A stretch of DNA of 64,000 bases. Source: Phallusia mammillata (lineage: Eukaryota). The notes under the pieces were generated by a model. It had not been told where the DNA came from and did not search any database. It saw only the letters and a program-made list of their open reading frames with translations. The stretch lies in contig OZ281494.1 of assembly GCA_965637545.1 (NCBI GenBank), positions 3,534,001 through 3,598,000 of the forward strand. The letters are read 5' to 3'. The position numbers were made by a program, and so were the translations under genes. This document shows, piece by piece, positions 13,401 to 24,243 of the stretch (positions within the stretch are counted from its first letter, which is position 1; the number at the start of each line of letters is the position of its first letter).

Positions 13401-15142
13401 TTCAACTTGCGGAGTCAGTGAACAAACCTAGAATCTGTATTCGAAGCGCAAAAACCTGGCCGAGGGAACCTGTATGTTATGGAATCGGTCATGGGTATAC
13501 AGGGACAGGTAGTATTATCAGTTTTATTTGTTTGCTTTTTTCCCAGCGTGCAAATCTTGTTGAATTCCATCCTTAGTGGATTTTTGACTGTTAAATCATA
13601 ATCACAGCGCAGAGATTTTGCTGTTGTTTTATTAATTCGAGAAAAACTAACCTTAACAAAACACAATTGATGCGTTAGCCGCTGCTGACAGGGACCTATT
13701 TTCGACCTACACAAATAGACCGAAGTATGGGCGCCGCCACGTAGGGGCAAGAGGGGGCACTTGCCCCCCCTGGAATTTCACTGTACCTCAATTTAACATA
13801 TTTTGCAGCAAACCTAATTAAAGTGGCAGCGTGGGGATTTGTTACATCGTTAAATGCTTTAACTCTTAGGCAACTCAATAGTGAAGTACACGATGTATGG
13901 CTTCATATGTAACAAATTCTTGATGCGGTAAAGTATCAGCCAAAATTTGCCCCCTCTTGCAAAATTTTCTGGCGGCGCCCATGGACCGAAGTACATAAGC
14001 TTAACTATCTTGTAATGGCTTCATGCTTTTACACAGATAATATACCGTTTTTAAAGACAATCTAAACTGTTTTGGCTTTCCTTTGCAATTACACATGTGT
14101 TTAACTTACTAGGATCAAAGTATTAAATAATATTGTTGTTTAGAACCAAACATATCAAGTAGACTGCGATTCACCAGGGTAGAGTTAGACTTTAGTAACA
14201 GTTGCATTGAAATATCCAATGGCCACATGTTGTGTGCCACAGGACCTGAAGAAAGAACCGCCAGTTGCCAAGTATGTATTTACCAAAATGTGGCTTAAAT
14301 AGCAACAAATCAATAACCGTTCAAGTTTGCTAAATCAACTTTTTATGTTATCAAAAAATTGTGGTCGGTAAGGAACTTGTCCGAATGGTCTGGCGCGCCT
14401 GACCCATATACAGACATAAAAAAAACTGATCGGGATCCGTCCTGGGAGTGTCCTGGGCTCGAACCCCGTGAAAAAAAAAGTTGTGATCGGGCACGAACTT
14501 GGCCAAATGGTCCGGCGCGCCTGACCCAGATGCAGATATTACACCCTGATCGGGATTCGTCCCCGGGAGTGTCCTGGGTTTGAACCTCGTGAAACGTAAG
14601 TTGTGGTCACGCCATTTGTGCGTTTCATGTGTACTCAACAAATCATGTAACTTTGGAATACAAGACGTAACCACAACTTATTAGATTGAACGTTATTCCA
14701 CCTAGGCATAAGACTGTATTTTTTTTCTTGGATATGCACCATATAACGAAGTAGGGCAGGGCATTATAACAGTCATTTAAAAACTTCTAATTTAAAGCGA
14801 TTGTTTTGCTCAATACTGACAAGTTTGAGGGCAATGTTTAATGTACGGTCTGGTTATCATTTTGACCGGTTTGCATTAATTTAGATGGATAGCGGGAGCC
14901 CAGTGGTTTGCCGAATCGACCCTGGAGATGAATGCTCAAGCTTCTTTCTTGCTGGTATATTTTCCTTCAAGCCAATATCGTACAATGGTTATTGCAATGG
15001 AAATTTTTCGGTGCTCACTAACTTATTAAATAACGCTATCGAGGAGCAAACTATTCAACATAGCGTATTCTCTGCATCTAAACTAGATTACTTTCAGCAA
15101 GCAGATGAGAATGGGGTAATGAAGAGTGCACATCGGTGTTAG
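10448..15142 (+). CDS. Secreted S1 (chymotrypsin-fold) serine protease 1, ~357 aa; join(10448..10530,11563..11582,11696..11824,12118..12253,12957..13151,13384..13508,14144..14271,14885..15142)
   Basis: Signal peptide MKLQTITLVLPFIVAVSQS, activation site KR|IRNG, GQFPW, CGGVLL, TSAHC (His57), DDLAILQL (Asp102), SCQMDSGSP (Ser195). All exon phases are compatible. The 20-nt exon 2 is tentative. Confidence 0.85.
12505..12742 (+). mobile_element. hAT MITE (238 bp) in an intron of protease 1
   Basis: TIRs CAGAGTTGTAA / TTACAACTCTG and a near-perfect 8-bp TSD (AATGAATA / AATCAATA). Family members at 3150, 18170 and 63551. Confidence 0.8.
13726..13983 (+). mobile_element. MITE with (C)ATGGGCGCCGCCA termini in an intron of protease 1, probably hAT
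   Basis: ATGGGCGCCGCCA ... TGGCGGCGCCCATG, flanked by the direct repeat GACCGAAG(T) at 13718 and 13984 (8-9 bp TSD). Confidence 0.8.
14353..14615 (-). repeat. ~123-bp tandem repeat (about 2.1 units) with B-box-like motifs on the minus strand; possibly tRNA/SINE-derived
   Basis: Units start near 14353, 14476 and 14598. Minus-strand GGTTCGAGCCC (14455-14465) and GGTTCAAACCC (14576-14586). Confidence 0.55.
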
Positions 15143-17579
15143 ATAAATATAGGCACATGTTACAATAAGTTTGTTGTTTATTTCAATGCGTGTGGTGTAT
15201 TGTTTCAAATCACGTCTTTTCAGTCGAACAAAAAACTGACGTTTACAATGCACTTTTCAAGCAGTCATGACTTTCCTTGTTTTCTGCACGTGTTTGCAGT
15301 ATTTTCACACCAAGTTGAAAACCTTCGTGATCTACAAATTATCGTGTATCATATCCTAATACTAAATACCCACGACCGCCTATGATTTAATGTTTTATGC
15401 CATATCTTAGTGTTGTTGTACTTTATTATTTTCGTTGTGCAATGCTTTATCGGACCGGAAACGTATTTGACCATGATTACCGCCTTGTACATATTTTTGG
15501 TTTAGTTTGTCTTTACATTACACGGAATGAATTTATTGTCTTTGCAGCTTCTGCAGCATGTAATCACAAAGAAGAGACATGGTAGTGCTGCTGGCGTTTG
15601 TACTGTTGGTTTATTCTGAAACACTTAAGTTGCCCTTGGAAAAGATCAGATTTTGTAGCTAACAATGCTACTGTACATATTTAACACACCTTAGCACAAA
15701 ACAACAATACATGCCTTTAATGAATAGAAACAATATCAATAAAACCACATCACTTTTTCCACAATCACATAGAAATATGATACCTTAGTTATCTAACGTT
15801 TGAAGATGTTTAAAACGTTCCATCGTATTACAATAAGATAAATTGAAATATATTTATAATGGTGAACGCATTAGTTTTGACACTTGCTATTTTGTTTTTC
15901 TTTAATGAAAATATAAACTAGATTTGTTAGACGAAAGTCACATATTGGAATTTTACACCAAATCAAACTAAGATGGGTACACTATTCTTGTTACGCCTAC
16001 TAGAAGGTGAATTGTGGTTTATGAGAACCGCAGCGCGATTTTATGAAGAGCAAAATGTCAGCAGGTCAGTAAATGTAAATCAGCCACAGACTTGGGTTGG
16101 TTTTGTGGTTGGTAAATCATTTAAATTCTTCTTAAACGAGATCGTAGCGGTACATTTTAGGCACCTTGTATTTCCTGTAGTGGTTGGATGGTATTTTGTT
16201 CTTGGCCTAATTCCTCATACTTGCTCGTTGAAACAGAAAATCCTTAGGTCATTGCTGGTTCTGTGCTGCACATTTAGTGGTAAAATTATGTGTTACAAAG
16301 ACATTAAGACAGTAAATACCAACTGTTCGCGGGCAACTGCTCTATGGCCACTAATAAAAACGATACAAACACAAATGACACATTCTTTCAACTGAACAAT
16401 TTAACGAATACAAAACACTGATATATATGTTAATTATTGTAGTAGCTTGCCCAAATCAGAAACACAAACAGTTTGTTACAACAGACAGTATACCTAAACC
16501 CAATAAAGCTTACCCTCAACAAGAAGTTGAAACGGTACTTTAAAATAAATCACATTTGTAGTTTTAGTACGTCAAAATTGAAACTAATAAACATGAACTA
16601 ATATTTGTGGTAAGGTTTGGTTTTGCGTTGAAATGCGACGAGCTTGATTCGAGCATTACTTTACACTCGGCATCATTTTTGACTCATTTTTTCCAGCTTG
16701 GTTTCGGTTCGAGTTTTGTACGGTTGAGTTTGACCGAGTTCGAGTCCCAATTTCATGCTCAATTACCACTCTGACTTGATCAAGCCTATTCGATAACAAC
16801 GTTGGAAGAAGCATGAAAAAGATTTGGCTTTACCAGATCAAATTATAATAAAAGCTATAATACAAGCTACAAGCTATAATACAAAATCAATAAAACGCAT
16901 TTACAAAAATGTATTTGGACATCAATAATAATTCAAAAAGAGTTGATGCTCTGTTTATGGGAGGTTCGTCGTATGCGCTTTTTATCAGCAAAAAGTTTGA
17001 TAAAATAGAAAAACAACACTGTGAAACCAAACTTGTTTGTAAATTTTTAAACGCATTTGCCCAAGCATATTGGTACTCATCTGCATTGACCTATGAAACA
17101 AGCCACAAACGAAACACGCGGCAGAGGAAACCAAGATGTTACCATAAGGTATCAACCGAATTAATTGTGGTCATGTTTACCTGGTTCAATTTCCTGTTGT
17201 GTCAGTATATATTCAGGTTGATTTGGTGGAATATCGATAAAACATCAAAAAGTGTGGACAGAAGAGAATTCTTGAAAGGTAAAGTAGTTGTGTTGTAATG
17301 ACGGTTATTCGGAAGCCCATGCTCCGATTATAGATTTGTAACGTAGTTAAAACTATAGTCTTTCCTCTTTTAATGTTACTGTAGGTTCCCTCTGTCAGTG
17401 ACACTTTTTGCGAGTTTGTCAAATAACGATGTATATTAACACCGACAAGTTCACGCCCAAAAGCGAACCTTCGTTAACTAAAACGTGTGTCCTGAAGTTT
17501 CGGCCTGAACGTCACTCTATATATTTTTAGTTTGCCTACCTCATGGTAAATTTGTATTTTTTTACTAGGGGAATCAAGA

Positions 17580-20500
17580 ATGGTTCGAATTGAATTGTTT
17601 GCCTTGGTGTTTGTCAATATTCTTCTTTTCGTTGAACCAAAGTCGGGAATATGGCCAAACATACGGTAAGCAATAAACTTGTATGATGCAACAAACTGGG
17701 CAGGTCTAGCTAGCATTTGCAAAACAAAGGATCATGTAGTTGTAACATAACATTGATTAAAAAAACTTGAGAAATGCCAAGTAATGGACATGGTTGTACA
17801 CATTTGTACAAACCTGTCTTGCCAAAATTTTTGCGGTTAATAATAGATATAGCTCTTGTCAAGTTCAATGAAACTAATTATTTATGTTGGTTATAAAAAT
17901 TCTAATTTCGTTATAATTCAGAAGTTCGGGTGACGAAAAACTTATTGCTTCAACATGCGTAAAGTTACCTTGTTTATTTGATTCTTTCTTTTCAACAATA
18001 CGTTTTTTAGATCTCAGAATGCCAAACGAAGTGTTTGTTCACGAGGTTAGTTAACCTACCGACACTTAATACAAATATTAAAATATTTGGATTTATAAAC
18101 ATATGGACAAAATTCCTTGAAAACACCCGTTATACTTGCTGGGTGCGTTTATTTTGTTTTCTTGTAAACCGGGTCCAAACTTGATTTGAAAAAGGTGTTA
18201 TTAAGCCCAGATTATTTCGAACAATTGGATTTACTTTGTAAAGTATGACCCAAACATCTACGTTTTATTCAAACTGAATCCCAAATCCACGCTGACTTAC
18301 AACTTTGTAATCCCACAAAGTTTCCAAGTTACCACGTTGCTTGCAGGTTATTACCCGTCAACAGCATTTACAATGAGCTACGACTTTGAGTGCATTTCTT
18401 GTGGGCAAACCTGCTGCAAGAGGAAAAGGCGGGTAAAAAATTGGAACGAAGAGCTCCTCGACAAGCGAATAAGTAAGCGATGCGTTTTTTTACGTTTGAA
18501 ATCAACAAACGATACAAAATAACGACCACAAAACAAATTGGTTATAAATGCAACAAGCAAAATTCCTTCTTTCAAACTGTATGCATTGAGAATGAAGACA
18601 ACAATATATAAACGAGCAGAAAGTCATACCAAAAAAATAAGAAAAACAAGCCATTTCCTGACATGTTAATATTCAATTAAGTTGTTAATCTGGGCTGTGG
18701 ATAAATATTTGGGCTTGAAATCGATCCAAGTCTGGCATAATTTGGGGAATCAGCCTGCAGTAAAATACTAAATTTTGCTGTACCTGTATTGTTTATACGT
18801 CACCTGGCAACAAATCCTTCATGGATCGGTACTTGACTGCTGCGTTGCTCATTGGTTCCTCGCTTAGAGGCGCCACAGAGCTTCAGTTATCTTTAATAAT
18901 GTTCTAAAACAATTCAGGACATAAAAAGTTTATTTTATCGTTTACAAATACAAATATTTTTTGTCAGTTAACCAGCATTAAAACCACTGCTATTCCCGTT
19001 AACATACCAGTGCAATGTGACCTCAAATTGCATCAGTACGCTTCCTCTAAGACGCTTAATTTCACGAGAAAATTTTAACGTACACACAAAAATTACAACT
19101 TGGGACACTTTAATGTGTGCGACAGACACAGGCACAATCTTATGTCGCAAATAAATCTTGCTTAAGTTTTTTACATGTAGATGATTTTTTTCAGGGAATG
19201 GAAAAAATGCACGACGTGGACAGTTTCCTTGGTCAGTGGCCATTTTCCAAAAAAAATTTGTAGGTAATTTTATGAAATGGAAATACATCTGCGGCGGCGT
19301 TCTTCTAAGCGGGAGTGTCATCGCTACAGCTGGACATTGTATACAGTAAGTTTCATCTGATTAAATACTATGGCAGTTAAATATTTGATCCAAGGGCAGT
19401 GTCACATGTTTTTTGCAAGTCACTGAGTGATCTACGCTTATATTTTCAAACAAGATAAAAACGAAAATATTTTGTCTTGTATGTCGAAAAATATGAGCAG
19501 TGGACCCCTATTTCTTTCAGGTGTTATATTTTATGTTGCCAAAACGATTTGTAATTGCTTATAAAAACACATCAAAAATCTATATTATTACCTATTTCGC
19601 AGTAACAAAACTTTTGTTGAAAATCTACGCGTGACGGTTGGTGAGGTGGATATCGAAATTGATAGAAACGGAATAAGGCAACGTAACGTTACCGAGCTGA
19701 AACGTCTCATACCCTCCAAAACGAAAATAGAAAAGGATGATCAAAAGCCCGATAGAAAAGATAAATGGACTGGACCGCGTATTAGAAGGTTAGTTTAGGC
19801 ACGTGCAAATTTGTTATCTTTGCGGTAACTGTTAAAAAGTTTGTTGATGATAATTTGAAACTAAAAAGTTTGCTGAGCTTTAAACGTTTTTTGTTCGATT
19901 GTTGCACCTTTACCTACGATTTTATCGTTAATTACGAAGGTTATTGTGTAGCTAAGCATAGGCGCCGGCAGAAAACGTACATACTTGTACATAAATTTGT
20001 ACATATAGGTATAAATTATATGCAGTAGATTGGCGCTCCCTAAAGCGTGAAACTATCTACGATGTAAAAAAAATAATTGTAGCATCGATCACGTGGACCA
20101 TTTTGTAACGTTAACGAGAAACGGCATTAACAAAAATCTGACGGACATCGTTCAAATCGCTTGTTCATACGTGCACTGACTGTCTCTCCTTTACTTCTTT
20201 CGAACATGTTACATTTTAAATCGTCCTTTTTAGGCACAATATCTTAATTTTGAGATACATTAAAATTCCAACTGCTAGATAGATTTACATTATTGTGAAA
20301 TGTCACAGAAGGGATTTAGCCTTGTTGATTCTGGAAGAAGAAGTGACAAATCCACGCATCTGTCTTCGAAATAAACATATTCGTCAGAATGATCCCGTCT
20401 GTTATGGCATCGGACATGGAAAGAATGAACAAGGTGCATAATGTTGGTAGAGCTATTAACACCATACCTCACGGGAGACCCACATTTAGCTAACTTTTGA

Positions 20501-21957
20501 TAGGTGACGTAAAGAGCTGAATTATTTATTTAGCGGCTAAAGATGGGTTGGATTGGGAAATAAGTTTTTAAAATTTTACATAACTCACTAAGTTTTTTGC
20601 TTTTTAATTGAATTTCAAATGTTAATACCTTACCCCGACCCTAATAGCTCTAACCGAAAACATTATTAGAAATATAACGTTTCAAATGTAAAAAGTGTTC
20701 TTTTCGCCACCTATCGAAAATTAGCCAATTTTTTTATGTAGTTAGTAGATTTTCCCATAATGTTTTTTCAATGTACTGACTCGAGTGACATTAATTTTTG
20801 TTTCAAATTCTGGAGAATACCAGTTATGTGCCCGAAAAACTGCCGTTGAAAAACGGATTGAAAACTCGACCTCTTATATATCACAAAAAGTGGACTGGCC
20901 ATGGCAATGGTTCTCAAACTATGTTAATAAGGGTAAAAAAATCCAGAAACTTTTTAGCGTTTTATTATCAAAATTGCGTTAAAAATAAAATTAAAAAAAA
21001 TAAAATTAAAAAAAATAAAATTTTAATAACTTCCCTAGGCAGCATGTCAAGTCGGTTGCAATGGGCAAAAATTGAACTTGACTATAACAACGCCTGCTTG
21101 CAAGGTAAACTTCACAACCCGGAAAACATGCTTTGTGCAAGCAATGGTAACTTTCAAACCGTCAGTTGTAAGGTAAGTTAACGCTAAAAATATAGCCTTG
21201 AAAGAGCTTTTGCTAGCATAAAAGAGCTAACATAGTGCGCAAAATCTGAAAAACTAGAAACTTGATAGTTCAGTACGCCAGATCTATTTAAGGCGCCATG
21301 TCGTATCAAGCCGATTGGCCAAGCATTTACATATGCCAAAACTAGAGTAAAATCTGAGGTAGATTTTAAAGCCACGTTACGGCTAGCGCTCTACCAATTG
21401 AGCAGCGCAGGCTGAGTGGTATCAAGCTGAAAGTCGAATTATATCGAAGCTTTGTATGTATGTTTAAAGGCTAAGTTACAACTTTATATTCATTTTTACG
21501 ATTTGTAAGACCGATTAGAGCCAATGTTTAAGATATCGGCGAATACAAGTATAAACGAAATTTTCATCCAGCTTATTTTTTTTCAAACAATAGCTTAAAA
21601 TAAATTGACAAGCACAGCATTAGTTACCTTAACGGACAAGTATAAACTAAGTTTTTATCTAGTTATTTACCAGCAAACATTATTTTGCAGTTTGACAGCG
21701 GGAGTCCCGTGTTTTGCAAGCTTGAAAAGGGTCTTGACTGTTCAAGCTATTACTTGGCAGGCATATTCTCATTTAATCACCATCCAACTGAATATGGTTG
21801 CAATGGAAATTTTACGGTGCTGGCTGATTTAACAACCACGAAAAACAGCGCATTGGTACATATTGCCGCAGATGCTGTGTTACACGACAGCCTTCAAGAA
21901 TCCTATATGTTTGATCCTGGCGCGACTCTCTGTTCCTCAATGACCAGAAATTACTAA
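17580..21957 (+). CDS. Secreted S1 serine protease 2 (tandem paralog), ~369 aa; join(17580..17665,18011..18045,18347..18472,19195..19345,19603..19788,20309..20433,21039..21172,21691..21957)
   Basis: Signal peptide MVRIELFALVFVNILLF, CISCGQTCCK pro-segment shared with paralog 1, KR|IRNG, TAGHC, RDLALLIL, SCKFDSGSP. Intron phases are identical to gene 1 and all frames are open. Confidence 0.85.
18170..18305 (+). mobile_element. Degenerate partial copy of the CAGAGTTGTAA-type MITE
   Basis: Ends GACTTACAACTTTG. Confidence 0.35.
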
Positions 21958-23313
21958 CCGGGAAATTTGTCACGAAGCAGTAATTAGAACCAGTAAATGA
22001 ATTCACAACACATTAAGGCGTAGTTGACACTTATTTTGTAGTTTAGTCAAATCTCTAACCAAAATTGTCTAGTTTACTTTACAGTAAGATTGTAAAAAAT
22101 CAATTGGAAACTATCCCTCATTCCACTAATGTAAAAATAATAACTAAAATTAATGAACTTGTTAACGGACTGGAACGAATTACCGATCACGATATTGTCT
22201 TGTATATATGTTTCTTTTTTCTTATATTCACACCTGTAATAAAAACAATCAATACATTAAAGAATTCAAACTTATGGCAAAATCAGCACGAAACAGTTAG
22301 TCTTAGTCTGCACTTTCACTTTATTTATTTTTTGATTTCTCAAAACACCACAGACGCAGAACAAATACAAGGCTTATCAAGTGTAGTGATTTGAGTTTGA
22401 GTTGAGTTTATTTCGCTTGGCGAAAGAAAACAAAAAACAAAAAACAAAAAACAGTAGCACTAAAATACCAACCTGAAAAAAGCTGCTTTGAGGGTTAGAC
22501 AGGAAGACAAACCACCGGAAGTATCCCTGTCGAATAGATTCAAGCGCCAGAAGAAAGAACACATATAAAACGGTGATTACATATCAATACTAAGTTTGGA
22601 TTATTATTACATTAGTAATTAAGAAATTCGTATGAAAATAGGTCATTCACATTAAATAATGGCGAAGGCAATAGATTAAAGGGACAAATAATTAAAACAG
22701 CTTAACGATAAACAACAGATGAATAAATAAACAAATCCACAAATAAATAAACAAAACGGAAAAGAACAATACATGCACGGCCTGAAGATCGATTGATAGT
22801 CTTCGTGATGTATTTCAATCGCGCTTCCATCTAAAGATAACCATGTATAACGATAAAGACAAACAGCAGCAGGTGACCAGTTCCACGACGAAATATGCAA
22901 AATCTACCCAACAGCTCAAGTCTTTGTTAAATAAAAAAACACATTGTGTAAACGCAGAAAACTCATAGGTGATATTTTAGTGTTATGGTTATTGCATTAA
23001 GCCATTCATTAAAATGTGTGAAGACTTATAGCGGCGTGACCGCAAGGTTTAGAGCCACCGAATGTGTAATGAAAAACAACAAACGACAAATGTGCAATCG
23101 GTGGTGCGTCGGCGGCTTCAGTAACGAAAACCAAACTGAATTGATTGATTGAAGCGCTTGGGTAAAAATAGTGAATGGTGCTTGTGATGTATGTATTTAC
23201 CGCTAGATGTCGTCCCTGAGTTATGACGTCACCTTTCGTATATAACCGTGTACCGCGTCTTAAACGTGGCAGTCAATACAGGTAACCGCTTAAAGGTGTG
23301 TGCGTTCATGACA

Positions 23314-23328
23314 TGGTGTCAGAAGTGG
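23314..23328 (+). other. Primer-binding site complementary to the tRNA-Leu 3' end
   Basis: TGGTGTCAGAAGTGG directly follows the 5' LTR and is the complement of ...CCACTTCTGACACCA. Confidence 0.75.
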
Positions 23329-23341
23329 TATTTCAAATAAA

Positions 23342-24243
23342 ATGGAAGGTTCGTTCTCACTGCCGGAAGCTATGCAATGGAGTGGCAATGTGTCACAAAA
23401 CTGGGTTAAGTTTATTAGGGGATTTAGGCTTTATTTGACAGCTGTTGGTTATGACGGAAAGGCTGCAAAAGTTAAAACATCTATGTTGCTCCACGTGTTG
23501 GGAGAGCAAGGTCAAACCATCCACTCAACATTTAAATTTGAAGAAGGACAAGAAATGCACTTTCAAACTGTGGTCAATGCCTTCGAAAGGTACTGTTGTC
23601 CGAGGAAGAATATCACCAAGGAGCGATACAGGTTTTTTTTCCAGAAATCAAAATGATGGTGAAAGAATAGATGTTTTTATAACCGATTTAAAAAAACTGT
23701 CTAAAAGCTGTGATTTCGGTGAACTTTGCGACTCATTAATCCGAGACAAAATTATTATTGGTATCAAGTGTGATCAACTTCGTCAAAGTTTGCTGCGGGA
23801 AGAGGAACTAACGCTTGAAAAAGCTATTAAATGTCCATAACAAACGAAACAGTAAGATCGCCAATGACAATGATTCGATCAACAAATTCTACAAGTTTTA
23901 GCTTGGATGCTGTTCAACGCGAACCACGTGGTAATCAATTACCAGCGCCTCGAGTTTGCAGATTCTGTGCCTTGCGACATGACGTCAGAGCGTGTCCTGC
24001 CTGGGAAAGGCGATGCTTGAAGTGTGGTGGAAGAAACCACTTCGCTCGATGTTGCAGTGCAGCTAATCACCCGCAAGCGCAACGCGCGGATACAATTCAG
24101 ACGTACTACAACATGCAATCTGTAAGTACTACTAGTTCACCAAAAGATTGGCTTGTTGACATTTTTGTGCTTTCATGTACACTTCGTTTTAAGATAGACA
24201 CGGGAGCCCAAGTAAATATTCATTTACTCTACCATTTGTTGTT
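23342..24243 (+). pseudogene. gag: Broken gag-protease region of the Mag-like element
   Basis: Gag is split over three frames (breaks at the T8 run 23633-23640 and near 23835). Zinc-knuckle region CRFC...RCLKCGGRNHFARCC. Protease KIDTGAQVN is joined almost directly to TLPFVVVE...LPIIG in another frame, implying an internal deletion near 24220. Confidence 0.8.

Noticed and set aside
15973-17298. ORFs of 140 aa and 129 aa between the two protease genes
   Set aside because: They have no recognisable motifs, no paralog support and AT-rich intergenic composition.
21375-21415. tRNA gene on the minus strand
   Set aside because: Only a D-arm-like 5' half is present, with no T-arm or acceptor stem. 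At most it is a SINE or tRNA fragment.
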